A stretch of 62,415 nt of DNA, filler included, from Choristocarpus tenellus KU-1152 (GCA_964200185.2; 12 parts of 12 records of this genome joined end to end with filler, not necessarily neighbours in it); one strand, 5' to 3'; positions 35,246 to 49,863 are shown, numbered from the whole stretch's first letter. Numbers and translations: made by a program. The notes: generated from the letters alone by a model not told the origin.

Positions 35246-36496
35246 AGTAAAGGAGTTCGTATATGTTTTGAGTTGAGACCAGAGTGGAATAATGCCTTGT
35301 CTACCTACCTACCTCGTTAGAACTAATGCATAACCATGTGCATCTTTGAGTCCCTGCCACACAGCAAGCAAACCTTGAAATCCCTGCTCTCCTCCATCTT
35401 TGCACCCTCCCATCCAAAGATGGCGTCTCGTCTTTTGACCAATGCACGGGTAGAAAAGGCGCAGGAGTTGAGACCTGAAACGTTCCTCAATATTTTTGAA
35501 AAACTCATCACGTTACTCATATTGATTAAGACATTGGATACGACGCTTTCATGTTGTTGGTGCTTGGCATAAAGAGCGTCCCCAAGACAAATGAGTGTAT
35601 GGGGTGCAGTGATAATTGGATTCCTTAGGGGAAAATAGCCAGGCATAACCTTTTGATGACCACAATTTGCCAACCACAACTTAATTAGAATGAGAAGCAA
35701 CACGACCATGCTATGCGGTCCTTGCATATGTGACCCTACCAAGATGATTGCCAACGAAAGGACTGCCAGGGCATACTGAACATTTAGTTTCCTCAGAAAA
35801 TGAACTGATCACAAAAAATCAAAGCTCAGTACTGGAGATGTGAAAGGCTACACCTGTGGGCTGAACCGGTCCCATAATTATCTGGCATGCCCTGGTTCAT
35901 GTCGACAGTAGGTGTTATATCAGTCCATGTCCGCCAGTCAAACTTTTTCTGGTATGTCCAGGCCATGTCCAGTGTGTGTTGCATTAGTCCAGTCCATGGG
36001 TCAGACAGGTCTACTCCCGGGTCAGTCTGATTCACAAATATGTGTACACTTTGTTTGGCCACTCCCCACGAAAAAGGTGTACAAAATGTCAAAGGTGAAG
36101 TTTAAAAAAGTTCGGTCATTTTTGTTGTTCCAGATTGTGAAGAACATACGAAAGTGCACTCAAAACGTCACGAGGCATGCATGTGTCAAATGTTACAAGT
36201 TGTGTTATTGGTTGGATATATTAGTGTATCCAACCCTTGATAAGTGGATGTCTTCGTATCTTCCGTATGACATAATTTGTGAAGTTCAGACACCGCAATG
36301 ACATAATTTCAAGGGAATTTCAAAGATTAAAAAAGAAAACATCCATATTTTTCTTCCAGAATGTGTGTAGGTCTAATTTATTGTGCTGCAGTGGTATTGC
36401 AACGATTACTCCTAGTTTCTTCTGGTATGCACACACTTTAATAGGAAACCCCCTTTGGTTGATTGCCAATAGCTCCATCTCCTTCTGTCAATCTTA

Positions 36497-36690
36497 GTCG
36501 CCTTGATAAAGTGCCTATTTAGGAACAAGTACAGCAGTCTCTTAACTTTTATTATGTCCATGCCACGCTGCAGGGTGGTGAATGTGAGAGTGAGGCTGGA
36601 GAAATCTCTCTCAGATTGACAACTTGTGCCATCAATGCCGTGATAAAGTCTGGCAAGCATAGCCAGATGGCACAATTGCACGCACCGTAA
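36497..36690 (-). mobile_element. hAT transposase C-terminal dimerisation-domain remnant
   Basis: LAMLARLYHGIDGTSCQSERDFSSL...VKRLLYLFLN matches the hAT ...TS..SER.FS motif. Confidence 0.6.
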
Positions 36691-36838
36691 GACCTTAGCT
36701 TCCTTGCCCGTCATTGTCATCATTTCCTCTCTTCACTACATTGGAATGTCTACCCCTTACCACTATCCATTACGAAATCTATCGCTCCCTCACTGACAAA
36801 TTTCTGGTTGGGATCACTGCATATAGCGTTGGACATGA

Positions 36839-36861
36839 GACCCAAAGTATCTGGGAGGGGG
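36839..36861 (+). mobile_element. MITE family A left terminus
   Basis: GACCCAAAGTATCTGGGAGGGGG. Confidence 0.8.
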
Positions 36862-36961
36862 NNNNNNNNNNNNNNNNNNNNNNNNNNNNNNNNNNNNNNN
36901 NNNNNTTAATTAATTAANNNNNNNNNNNNNNNNNNNNNNNNNNNNNNNNNNNNNNNNNNNN

Positions 36962-37041
36962 GCCAAAATTACACCAAAATCGCAACATTGGATTTTGGCC
37001 CCCAAATGGACGCGGCTCTACCCTCTAAGATATTTTGGCCC
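36962..37041 (+). mobile_element. MITE family B right end
   Basis: CAACATTGGATTTTGGCCCCCAAATGGACGCGGCTCTACCCTCTAAGATATTTTGGCCC. Confidence 0.8.
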
Positions 37042-37123
37042 AATAGTACATGTCGCAACTGACTGTTGTATCTCACCTGTACTTCGTATTGTTTTGTGCC
37101 GCCAATTCCGTGGTCCTTTGTAG

Positions 37124-40100
37124 CCGTGGATCCCCACGTTGCGTTGTTGCGCCCAATTAATCATCTGGAAAAATGCTGTTCTGTCTGTTTGACGCTCTCG
37201 TTCGATGCCAAGCGCGACAGGTATTCCTGCCCAAAGTGCTCCATCACGCACATGGGCGAATGTGCCTACGTGGAGATTGTGGGCGACGAGAGGCACAAGG
37301 ATCGATTGTGTATCAATTGCCCCGTGGCACAGGAGGGCAGTGAAGGGACTGGACCGATTGGGAACGAAGCGGCGGGTCGGGGCAGGGGCAAGGGTAAGGG
37401 TAAACGTAACGCAAGGAGCGCGGGCGGGTCACCCAGCAGGCAAAGCCTTTTACGTCCCCCCTCACGCAGCGAAACGGCGGACACGGAGAAGTGCATGTGG
37501 GTCTCGGTGTGGTTGTACATTATACGGGCATACAAGTCATCTCTGCGCGTTCGGTTTCGCGTTAGTTTGCACGTGGTTGTACATCATGTGGATTGCTCGT
37601 CCTTTGTGTGTTTGGTATGGCATTTTTTTGGAAGTTTCCATGGGCCATGGAACTTACCTGTTTGACGTCTCTCCTCCTTCCACGAGATGTATCTGATAGG
37701 TCTGGCATTGTGGAGGGTACAGCTTAACATTTTGGGGATGCCAAGGAAAATTGTCAGGACCTCCCTTAATGATACGATTGCCTGCACCGTTGTTTACGAT
37801 GCTGTCCTTCTTGTCGTGCTGTCTGTGTACTGTTTCATGTGTCATGATGTCCAACCAAGGCTGAGAACACTGCACTACACAACCTTCGCCCTCTCGACCC
37901 GACGCTACCCTTAGACGGCCTGAAAGAGTTCGCCTTCCGCAATGCGCCAAAGCTTGCCATAGTGTCCATCGCCGCCGAGCCAAGATGTTAAAGACATTGG
38001 TGTTCCCAGGACTTGTGTATGAAAATATCTCGATATATTCCTCATTATGTAGAACAGGTACTACATGAAGTAAGGAAGGTGATAGGAGAGAGAGAGAGAG
38101 TGAGCTTCAAAGCTCAAAGGGGGTCATCACCTTACCATTCATATATTCTAATAACCCATCATTAAGTCCGTTGTACTATAATAACCCGCGGACAATATTT
38201 TCGTTGTCACCTGACAAAGACATTACTATCAGTTGTACTATAATATCCCGCGGACAATATTTTCGTTATCCAACAATAAATACTTCAACAATTCAATATT
38301 TCTCCCACAGAATCATATTTTACACATGAATAAAAAGCACATTCTTAACACAAGATTCCTCAATGACGAAGAGGCGACCAACACCCACTTGCGCCGGGTG
38401 ATGAAGTGCTTGCAGGTGAAGATACATCCTCAGGGCACCATCGCGCTATTTGTGCCCCACCCGTGGGCCGTGCAATCACACCGCCTACACGGTGAGTTGC
38501 AGAGTTCGCCAGCACTGAACTACGGGGTGTATTGCGGGAGACTATTGCAATCCGCCATGGCCGTTATCAGTCCGCCCGTGTGTCCATCGGAAACGGTGGC
38601 GGCCGTTCAGGAGATGCAAATTATGTCGTGTGTCTTTCTTTCTCGCTTTCCCCATGTTGTTTCATCTTCTTCGTACCTTGTATTTCCTTGTGTCTTTTGC
38701 TCTTTCCCCCCGGGTCGTTCGTAGTTCTTCGTTTGATTGTCCGCGAATCGCATGCTGGTATTACTTGTCTTCACTACATTTTTTTTCCATCTTTCCTTCT
38801 ATTACAGAATTTCCTATTGTTTGTATTTTTGCATTTTTTATTTGTCTTGCATTCCACACTCGTTGTACTGTTATCATTTTAGTGGTATGCGATTTCATGA
38901 AGCCCAATGATATCGTACTTGTGTGCTGTCACTGTCAAGTTTGACACATGCCAGACCGACGCGCTCGCTCCCGCCTTCTCTTCATTCAGAGGCTCTTATG
39001 GCGTCGAAGGTGGGCTTGGTTGTGGAAAATCATCCCCTGCTTATAGTGTACAAGACAAGGGGGGGGGAGGGCCTCTCGCAGGCACTGATAACCATCTCAG
39101 ATGTTGTCAGGACATGATTCTTCTCGCGCACAACGATGGGACAGAGTTCGCGTGCAACAAGCAAGTCACCGTAGACAACATCTTTGGTCACGGGAGTGAT
39201 CCATCTCCTCCGGTGCTCCAAACCATGTGTGACGTCGAGTACCAAGGTGCTGTGACGGACATCCCCATGAGGGCCCTCCACTTCCTCGCTAACAGGTTCG
39301 TTAATTACGTCACACACACCCTTCTTCATGGGAGCAACCACTTTTTTTGTCTAGGTGTAGATCATCGTTAAACAGTAACGCAACAAGCTGGGTGACGGTT
39401 CAGGGGCGTCAAACCGTACCTTGAGTGTGTTTCCCTCAATCAGTACGTTAAGCGTCCAACTTCACCAAGAGTGTGTTGCCCTTTATCAGTACGTTACTCG
39501 TACATTGTCATATGATGAATCCGTGCACAATACAATCTACTCCTTGGGATAATTTACGACCTGCCCTCCTATGATAGGTACACGAATCCTGGGGACACCG
39601 CCGTCTCCTTCAGCGCAGAGAGGCACAACGCGAAGGAGGTGGCCCTTGAACGGAGCAGGAGGGTGGAGGTGTTCGTGTCCAACGCAGCGTCAAAGGAAGA
39701 TGTGAAAGAGAAGATGGAGACCTCCTTCGGCCGAGCCTACAAGGACGGCATGTGGAAGGTAAAAAGGGTGTGCTGGCTTTTTCCCATTTCTTTCCAACTT
39801 GTTGTCTATCTTGGTTCGCTATGGATAGGTGTCAGGCATGTGGTTGTGGTAGTGATGTTTCCTTGTCCAAGTTTACACGTTGCTAACACGGTGCACGCGG
39901 TGACCCGCACCACAAACGGAAATCGCGAGACCCCAAGACTTTGTGTGTGAGTGTCGGTACATCGTAATGTCTTCCTTCCCCACACGAAAAAACAAACGTG
40001 CTGCAGTACACCTCAAGATCTTGAACCAACGCTGGAATAACCCCTGCGTACGTTACGTAATCTTATCGCATGGCAAACACTTCAATGTCACATGGTTGGG

Positions 40101-40342
40101 CTGTCACATGTACGCACATGATGTTGCAGGTATCCACGTCTCTCGTTCAAGAACGCGTGATATACCCTTCCTGCCTGCCGGAAGCCTTGGGGCAGACCCT
40201 CGTCCCAATTGAGATGCAGCGATGTTTTGCTGAGGCCATCAATCCTCAGGGAAAGGCAATGGGACGCGATGAGGCGACCGTTTTCGTTGCGAAGATGGTG
40301 AGGACGGACTTCGGCTACCAGATCGAGGTTAATCTGGCATAG
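37124..40342 (+). CDS. Possible spliced gene for an unknown protein with a Cys/His zinc-finger-like segment; structure uncertain
   Basis: GC-rich coding-like blocks at ~37124-37496 (CSVC...SCPKCSITHMGEC...LCINC, then a G/K-rich stretch), ~38950-39295, ~39580-39758 and ~40130-40342 (ends IEVNLA*). Several are bounded by AG/GT. Confidence 0.35.
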
Positions 40343-40721
40343 AATGCACTTCGTAACATAATTGTCAAGAACGAACGGCAGAGTCACGCTCTTGGCATGC
40401 AGTAAACTCCTTTTTTTTCTTCCCGAGTCCGAACCTATCTAATACGGCACCCAAATACGTCGCATAGTAGACTACGGGCCTTGCGTATAAGTATTGGATC
40501 CGTTGTGTGTTCAACGTTTGCCACAATAAGGTTGCCGTTTTTGCACCACCTTCGGTCGCGCACCTCCAAATCACGTCCAATCATGAATGACCGAACTCTG
40601 CCCCCCCCCCCAACACCCCTCNNNNNNNNNNNNNNNNNNNNNNNNNNNNNNNNNNNNNNNNNNNNTTAATTAATTAANNNNNNNNNNNNNNNNNNNNNNN
40701 NNNNNNNNNNNNNNNNNNNNN

Positions 40722-40739
40722 CCCCAGATACTCTGACCC
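40722..40739 (+). mobile_element. MITE family A right terminus
   Basis: CCCCAGATACTCTGACCC. Confidence 0.65.
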
Positions 40740-41218
40740 CTCCCCCCCCCTCCTCTCTCTCTCATGCCTACAAAATACGCTCATAGCACCGTTATTTACT
40801 TCTGAATCCCACATTGTTGTTCCTGAAGTTTCTTGCAGACAAGCTGGAGGAGGCAAATGTCAACATTTCCCAACTCAAGGGTTTGCTCTGTGAGGTGTGA
40901 GCTGCTGTGTGTTGGTGTGTGTTGGTGTTACATGTATGGTACATGTATTGGCTGGCAGACTTGGAGTGTAACAGTTTCACAAGAGAGTGTGTCCAGGACT
41001 ATGTACAAGTTACAGTTCGCAAACAAAGTGGGATCTTGTAATCCTTTGATCCAAGCAGTAGGAATTACAATAGAGTCCAGGGTACGGCAATATAGAATGT
41101 GTAGAGTATGACAATAGTCTGAGTCTATTTTGAGTGTTATAATAGAGTCCATTGCAAATGAATCATCAATTCATAACGGCATGTCTGTGGGTGTTTGGCC
41201 TTGTGCTTGGTGGTGCAG

Positions 41219-44200
41219 GAGGTGCAACGACGAGAGACAGCAGAGCAAGATGTTTCAAGCGCCCAGGCATCGTTAGACATATCCCGCCAGGAACTTGCTC
41301 AATTGAAGGAACTAGGAGATAGGCTGGAGGAGATGGGAAACAATAGGTAGGGCTATTTAGTGCAAGATGTTGATTGGTACTTTTACACTAGAATGGATAT
41401 TCATCAAATTGATACCATACACATTGAGTATGGCATTGGGAAAGTGGGTTAGCACCCAGTTGCAGGTGTCGGAGTCAACATTTATAAGCTCAGGATGGAT
41501 AACTGTAGTTGCCCTGCTCATTTCAAGTTATGTTTGTATTGTGGCCATTACCCTCCACACCTGTACTGAAAGAGGTGTGATGTAGTGTCAAGTTTGAACA
41601 CCAGTGTCTAGTTTGCCAAGAGGACGATATTTATAGTACATCTATTTTTGTAATATAAGAGTCCTACAAGATGGCACAATCTGAATCTACACATTCCAAT
41701 TACTTGGTGAGGTGTAATGCCTGGGTGGTGTCTGTGTGTACCCTTTAGGTGTTGTACCTTCAGGTGTTGTACACGAGAGTCTTATTGATGCGCATGTGTT
41801 AGAGTCTTATCTATGTATTACTTTTAGAGTCTTTTCTGTGCATTACTTCTAGAGTCTTATCTATGTATTTTATAGTCTTATCTATGTGTTACTTTTATTA
41901 TTAGTAGCAGCACTTCAAATTATAAAGAGTAGCCACTTGCATAGTAATTCTTGTTTGTTGCGGGCCAGTGCACAACTACCCATACTGCCCTGGACATGAT
42001 CAATACCACATTCACTTTGAAATATGTAGCGTTGTGGACTTGTTGTGAGAGGGCTGATAGTATTTGGTGTATTCATGGTATAATGGTATAATGGCTGTGC
42101 AGCTCCTTGCTGTAGTTGTTGACAGGCCAACTTTACTTTTCACACATATCATAACCAATTCAATAGTACGAAGGTATTTTTGCAGTGTTTCTGAGTATTG
42201 TAAACCTGAAAGAACCTTTCCTCATGATACTAGTTAGCACTATTACCACCTAGACCTGTACCAGGTATTTATTGAGTTGTTACTGCTCCTCCTCTATTGC
42301 TCACTGCCAGCTTGACCCAAGTGCTCGATAAGGACCGAACAATTGCACACCTTGAGTCAAGGCTATGTGAATTGCAAGAAACATGCTCTGAACGGAACAG
42401 GGATAAGCCTGCTGTCCACAGGCAGCATGATGTTTTTGTTAGGCAACGTATGGGAAGAGGGGTACTACAGGAGTTGTCTACGCTTCGGTCCAGTCTGGGT
42501 ATTGTCAAAGCACAGGTGAGTGTTGCTTGTTGTGTGAGTGCTTGAGGTGCTTTGGTGGATATTTTGGTATTAATAGTGACAACTGAGGTGGGCATATGCA
42601 TTGTTCTCAAGGATGTTTTGTGATGCCCTGAGGTGATTTATTTGAAGTACAGTTGTGAATGCACGTTGTCAATGACATTTGTTTCGAATCCAATGAGAAG
42701 GTCCAAGAGAAGAAGGAAGCAATGGATGTTTTAGTGACTTGGTTTGCAAAGGACCTGGAGTCTTCTGTGCAGAGGCTACAACAGTCTTTCATGAGCAGAG
42801 AGCAGCTGCATCTACAGGTATGGTATGGTCAAAATGACATGTACACACTGGGGGGAGGGGGAAGAGAAATAGACTACTCTTTCAAGTGTAATTTGGCAAG
42901 AGGTTGCACGTGTAAGTATCTGACATAAGTATCTGACATTTGTAAATTGACCATCATACGGGTATGCATCACCAGTCTGCCTGTGGTTGGAGTGGAGTAA
43001 ACGCTGGTGACACATATGTTATCCATAGAGGAGACAACTGTATCTTGACACCCCTTTGCATGTCAAGAAGAACTGTATCTGAAGGGTAAGGATACAAGAC
43101 TTTGAGTAAGGTGCAAGGTTATTTGAAGGACGTTGGAATGTTGTAATATACTGTATTACATTGTGGACAAGCAGAAAAATCTACACCTTACTTGCTTCTT
43201 CAATCAGGTTTAGAGCCATCACTATTCTGCTTTCATTAGTATACATACACACACATGTAATGAATGTATACATTAGTACATATTATTGTGTTCTTATCCA
43301 CAACCTCTACAAATTGTTGCACAACAGTACACTATAGTTTCCACTCATTTACCTGAATGTGTTTGGCAGTATATTGCACAAGCAGACTCTCAACACAAAC
43401 AGGACAACAACACCATCCAGATACTGCGGCAGACGTTGAAGGTATGTCGATACTTCCTCCCCCCCCCCACTCTTTCCTGCTGAACATATTGGTTTGTCCT
43501 CTTGGAATGTAATTGGCACAGCTATTGTTTCTTGCTTTGAAGAATCACTGGGCACTGGGGGGAGTAATTGAAAGGGGTCAATTGTTTGTCAATACAAAAT
43601 AATAATATTAATAGTTGATATGGAACTAAAGTTTTGGAATATTTTGGTAAGTTACTTAGACCTAACCCTAGCGCTGTCAGTAATAGTCAGGATCTACAGT
43701 TGTAGGTGGTGTTGGCTTTATGCTAAGGGTGACCAAAAATATTACTCTCTAGTTTAGCACACCCAGTTCATGGGGACAAAATGTTGATACTTGAAAGGAT
43801 TATTATTATTTTTATTAGTGTTGTTGTTTTTATTGTTGTTACTGTTATTATTATTATTATTGTTGTTATTGTTGTTGTATCAGCCTGCACTTGTTAGTAT
43901 GGACTACATGCAGCTTGGCCTATGGCCTCCAAGGTGCTCAAGAACTGCTCTATACAACTGCATCACCTTGATTTTGCACTACCTTGATGTGTCTTGGTTC
44001 TTGTATGTTGAGTTCAGCCATCTCACACCTCATTGACACCTCTCCTCAATAATATCTGTTGTGTACTTTACCCCACAGCACTGCCTGACAAATGAACCAA
44101 AGACCGTAAAGTTTTTTGCTGTGTAGGATATCTTGTAGGATGTCTTGTAGGATATCTTAGAGGATAACCCTGTACGAGGTTCAGGTTGTAGTACTCACCA

Positions 44201-47200
44201 TGTGGACACTTGGATTCCATCTAACAAGATTTCCTTGATGAAAGATGTTCGCATTGACTTAGGTTTGTACTCAGGGCGCTTCAGAGTTTATCTGGTCAAT
44301 TGTTTCCCACACATACACAGGATATTTCAGCAACCCTTTTTGAGAAGATTGGCCTCTCTCTTCCATCTAGCCTCCTTCATGTGCAACACAGCCCAACAGA
44401 CCAGGGTGGATGTGGGAGCGAATCTATAGGCAAGCAGAAGCTGCGATTATGATATATGATTATGATATATGATTATGATATCCTCCTCCCCTACACCCTT
44501 TGGTTAGAATGGGAACTGTCTATTACAAAATGCCATCGCAAGTGGACATCTTATGGAGGGTGATTTTTCTGTGCATTCTCAACTGCGCAGTACAGCAGTT
44601 TCATGTATTGCTAAGCATTCATTAGGGTTACAATTTGGGACATACTTGTGCAATATAGGCTAGGTAGTCTATAGGGTCTTACGTATTTAGTGACCAGTAC
44701 TATACTACAGAAATGTTGACTGAATGGAGTGTCAATGACTTGTCCCTGTGTGCTTAGAGTAACAGGTTTGAGTCTCGATGAGTTGATTTCTTATTTCTGT
44801 TTATATAAGTAGCTGACGTATGATGACTGACGCATTAGAATGTATGATGTAGTGGGACTGACATAGGCACATTCTGACGTGTCTGCTGACGTGCGCAATG
44901 GATAATAAGGGAGAGCACCCCCCCCCCCCACCACGAGGGATAGTGCTCACTCCGCTAATAAATACATCCATATCACGTAAAGCAAAGACTGTATTAGAAT
45001 AGCTCTCTTTTGTGTAAGACTAGTAGCATGTTACTGTGGCACACTAGGTATAAGGTGTTTTTATTTATTGGTTTGTGTGCAAACAATTGATTTGATTGAT
45101 TTGCAATGTTTTTTTGGTCTCTTTTATTGTACAAAGGAATGTGTATACCACCCCCCCTCTTAGCATTCTTCATTCTCATCAGAATTTTGTACCAAAAGAG
45201 TAGGTGTGCTTCTTGATAGATGTGTTGGTATTTTAGGCTATAACTTTTTGGCCTCATGTACTGGTAATACGTATGTATATGTGTATGTATATTTTCAGGG
45301 ACATGTGATGATGGACTTGCGGAGCTCATGGTCAGCCTCGAGAGTGCTGTTGAATTGAGAGAGCAGTGTGTAACACAGCCACTGTTGGACCAGGTGCATA
45401 GAGAATGAATATACTTCAATATCAGGTGTACATTTTCTCATCCCAGTTCTTGAGCCTCTGATATTCTGCATTTTTTGTGGATTATACAATCTCCTCGGTT
45501 AGGTGCTTAATGCTTCCATGGTGACTACTGTGGCAATCATGGGTGCCTGCCTCCCCCATCATGGACTTGCACTCCATTGTGAAGACGTATCACTTTTGAT
45601 GAACCGTCACACTCCCCTTTGTTTTGTTTCCTCAGATTGAACTTCTGGAGCGGGAGAAACCTACCACTGTGGCAACTGTAGTTGGAACTGAAAAAGGCGG
45701 AATTTCTCAGGTGTTGCTTGATACAGCAAGTTCTATACATGGCAGTTACCACATTACTATCTCAAAGGGAGGAAGTGCACTCCTCAAGTATGTTGATTAG
45801 TATGGTACAGACTTACCAGCGAGTTTCACATACTAGGCTTGAAAAGCTCAAATAATATTAATATATCTTGCTCCTTTCTGTTGGTATGCCAAGGGCTCTC
45901 TCTTGTGCTCTCTACACCATTATTGGACCTAATAGTGCATTTAAGCAGGTATCACATTTCAGTACTTCAAGTAGTTCACGCCCTGGATAACACAACATTC
46001 TATTCTGTGTTAGGACCATACTACTCAACTTCAAGACATCACATGTTACGTCCCACAATACTCCTGTCCAAAACATACATTTATACAAGACAAGAATATA
46101 CATAACTCACTCTCACAAGGGTGGTGTCACTGTGGGTCGCTTCACTTTACAATGGTGTTGAATGCACTTCATCTATACTTTGCCCCACAACATTCAGCTT
46201 CAGGATACACACAGCATATGGTATGTCCTGCAATGCTTCCAGTCCAAAACATGGATGTCGTGTACTATGACCATCATGTTCCAAATGTACATCAGACATG
46301 TGTCCGTGTCACTTTGAAAGATTGTCAACCTGTTTTTATCATTGTTTTCTCTTGTCCTTTGGTGTGAAATATGTATGCTCATGTTTTGTATTGCTGGGCA
46401 AAGACAATGTATGCTGAACATACGGTTACTTATTACCCATGGAAGAAAACACATCACCTGAACCTTGTATGCCTGCTTTTGTCACATTTTTTAACAAGAA
46501 GCCTTGTTTGTGGTTTTTTGTCACATTATTTTCGCAAGTTCAATGTATTTTGAAGGTTCTTGAGGGATGCTGACATCTTGACTTTCCACAAAACACCCCC
46601 TTGCATTGAGCAGGAAATCCCTCAGAAGACTGCTGACCCAAGTCCAGGTTCAATATGTTGCTCAGGAACGAGGTCATCATCCAAGGACATGGAATGGGGG
46701 GAAAGAGGAATGGATGACCTAAGCATGTTGGCAAAACTGCAGAAGGTCAGCTTCTGTCACCTGTATGAGTTTGTCTCCACCATGCTGTTCCCTGCCACAA
46801 TATTAATCAAACTTGTTGATGAGTCTGATATGATTTCCACCATTTGTGATGCTCGTAACCACATTTATTGTGAAGATTGGGCAGTGACCAAGTCTTAACA
46901 TGTGATGTTAAGCCTGTAAACCACATGTGTTGCCTGAAGTCTGGTTTACAAAGCACAAATGGCGACACGGTAGTTCAGGTAGAGGTCAAGTCCTTAATCT
47001 GTACTGACAGTTCCTTACTCCCCCTGTGTTCAATGTTTATTTTTAGGACAGATTGAAGTAGAGAGTGAGCTACTTTCTCTCCATTCTCAGCTTAATGAGA
47101 TGAGTGCCAAGTACAATACGTCTGTACAGGAAAAGGAGGCACTGGTAAAGGAGCACATCCTTCAGGCACAGGTTTGTCACAGTCATAACAAGTAGAAGGC

Positions 47201-48572
47201 GGGTTGAGATCAAACTTGGTATAATCATTGGGTGGGGTGCACATCTCTTGAGTCCAACTGGTGGTATGTTCTGTTCAGGAGCATGCAAAAGACGAGATTG
47301 CGAGTATGTCAACCAGGCACAGTGTGGCCATGTCTGGGGTGAAGGCAAGACTAGCTCAAGAAAAAAGTCGTTGTCAGGACTTGCGTCTCCGGTTGGAACA
47401 TATGGCACAGGAATACCATGGGTCCATCAAAGAGTCTGAGGATAAGCATTGCCTTACTCGCCAGGAGCTTGATAAGGTATACCTTGGGTTTGGATCCTGC
47501 TGGGAGTGTAACTCTCTCTTTTCACACACAACAAAAACCTTTGGAAGTCGTGTACATTGCCTTTTGCATAAGTACTACATAACACTTCTATTGGAGAATA
47601 AATATTCCAGTTTGCATCTAGGACCTCAACTGTGTATAGTATACTTGACACAAAACAGATTGCCAGGGACGGATCTATCCTGCCACAAAATCACTGAAAG
47701 AATACTATTTCCGATTGCCTCTATTGATATTGCATTGCCAATGTTCACCTTAATTCAGGCCCAGGAGGAACTGGACTGCGCACACTTCAATCTGGAAAGA
47801 GAAACAGCTAGGCGTAAGAGACTGCAGCATCGGCACAAGGAGTTGGAAGAAGCTGGCTTTATCTCACCGTTTTTCCTCTCTCCCAAGATTGTGAGGTCAC
47901 CAGAACAGTGTAGTCCATGCATACAGGCAGAATCCTCATCACCCCATCCATCTGGAAAGCCACTGGCACATGCCACTACTGTACATGGAGAGTGTGGCGA
48001 GTCATGCGAACAAGTTGAACCTCTGAACACTGTGACCTGTGGACGGTGAGATTGCTGAAGCAAGTGGCCCAATTTCTGAGTAGAAATGGCATTTTTGCTT
48101 ATCAAATCAAGTTCAATCTAGGTACATCTCTCTTGGGATTGTTGAACAGATTTTGGGACAATGAGAAATTTTGTCATTAGATGGTTCTACAAAGTATTGC
48201 AGGGTAATTCCTACTTTTTGTTCAGAGCTGTAGCTGACTGTTTGATTATCTTGGTGTTCCCATTGTTCCCACACCCTTTTAAATAGGACTGTATTGGAGG
48301 AAGCAAGAGCAAGGCTTACAATAGAGGCCTCAGGAGAGGAAGATAATGATGCCACTGTCAGTGAAACACACCCTGACTGCAAATTTGCTGCCATTTCGAG
48401 TTCTCCTGTTAGAAGTGTGGCAGACCTGGGTAATATGCCAACAATGACCAAATGTAATTTGGTCATTGTTGGTGAAGAGGAGGGGCAAGCTGGTATGGGT
48501 AGTAGCAACGACATCAACATGGCAGGGGAGGAAACTCCTCAACGATGCTCATCAGGAGAAGCATCTGAATAG
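41219..48572 (+). CDS. Uncharacterised multi-exon coiled-coil protein, 3' part
   Basis: A series of AG/GT-bounded exons with heptad-like E/Q/L/K/R content, e.g. 41219-41347 (EVQRRETAEQDVSSAQASLDISRQELAQLKEL), ~42310-42514, ~43369-43441, ~47047-47171, 47279-47476 and 47759-48045. Terminal exon ends at the stop at 48572. Confidence 0.65.
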
Positions 48573-49530
48573 ATACATTCTCTCCTATGTGCTCCATGGT
48601 TGTGTGTACATTTTGAAAGTTAATTGAGGACAAAATGATACGGCGTGTGAAGGGGATAAGAGCATGCGAATAGGTTGAGAGAAAGATGAAGGTATGTGGG
48701 GAGTACCAGATCAAGGAAATTTTGGGATGCACAAGGGCATGTACTTTGGTATGTACCAGTATGTCGCTGCCATCCTTTTGAAACCTACCCTCTTTTGTTG
48801 AATTAGACCTTGCACTCTCCCTTGCAGCTAAAGAGTAAGACAACTCAGAGTCAAGTTGCTCTTCCATGCCAGTAGCTAGCCCTTGCAGATATGGGTAACA
48901 ACATGAGGATTGTTCTGCCTTGTTCAAGTTTATCAAAAACGTCTATGTAGGTACACACTATTTGGTTGTCTAGTAAGTTGGTGCAAAAAGTGTAGGTAGT
49001 GGCTTGTCGAAGTGATTGTAGGGAGAGGGTGAAACATCTTCCTCTTTTGATCATTATTTGTCATTTATACATACTCATTTGTCGTATGGTGGTACACTGT
49101 ACAAGATATGGTACTTACTTTTGTATGTATGTGTTTGAAGTAGCATGTCTACAGCTTGTACTCATAGCTAGTTATGGTATTTGACCACCTTCTAGCATTG
49201 AAGTGTAAAATGACCGTCAACTATTTTATTTATCTTCTGAATGATTGTACCAACCTGACCTTCAGCAAGTTCAAACGAAAGTATAGTTGCTACTTCATTA
49301 TCAAGGTCTAGCCCTGGATTACGCACCACCCATCCCAACAATTCACCCCATCCATCCATTCATGACCCAACCAAAGACATTCATCCATCCATGCAATCAA
49401 GAATGATCACATGAGAAATATTCTATTTGTACTGTGTGCTTCTTCTCAACAATAAAATGAGGAACAAGAATATTTCACTTCTGGCTGTATGAACTAACGG
49501 ATATTTGTTGCAAATAGTTCTGGTGGTTCA

Positions 49531-49575
49531 GACCCAAAGTATCTGGGAGGGAGGGGAGGGGGGGTCTGCACCAGG
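49531..49575 (+). mobile_element. MITE family A left terminus
   Basis: GACCCAAAGTATCTGGGAGGGAGGGGAGGGGGGTCTGCACCAGG. Confidence 0.8.
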
Positions 49576-49675
49576 NNNNNNNNNNNNNNNNNNNNNNNNN
49601 NNNNNNNNNNNNNNNNNNNTTAATTAATTAANNNNNNNNNNNNNNNNNNNNNNNNNNNNNNNNNNNNNNNNNNNN

Positions 49676-49767
49676 TACACGTGCGACCGAATCACACCAA
49701 GAAAGTGAAAATCGAAAAAAGGGTGAACAACGGACTCCGACACCCTCCCCCCCAGATACTTTGACCC
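49676..49767 (+). mobile_element. MITE family A right half (variant)
   Basis: Ends CCCCCCCAGATACTTTGACCC. Confidence 0.7.
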
Positions 49768-49863
49768 TGTTATTTCTGAACAATTGAGTTCACGCGTATC
49801 TGGAAGAATCTCACCATTACCGCCTACCATCCTCATTTCATCGACCGCATCTTGACTTCGCAG

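Noticed and set aside
41775-41895. ~25-bp AGAGTCTTATCTATGTATTACTTTT repeats
   Set aside because: Short intronic minisatellite with no further structure.
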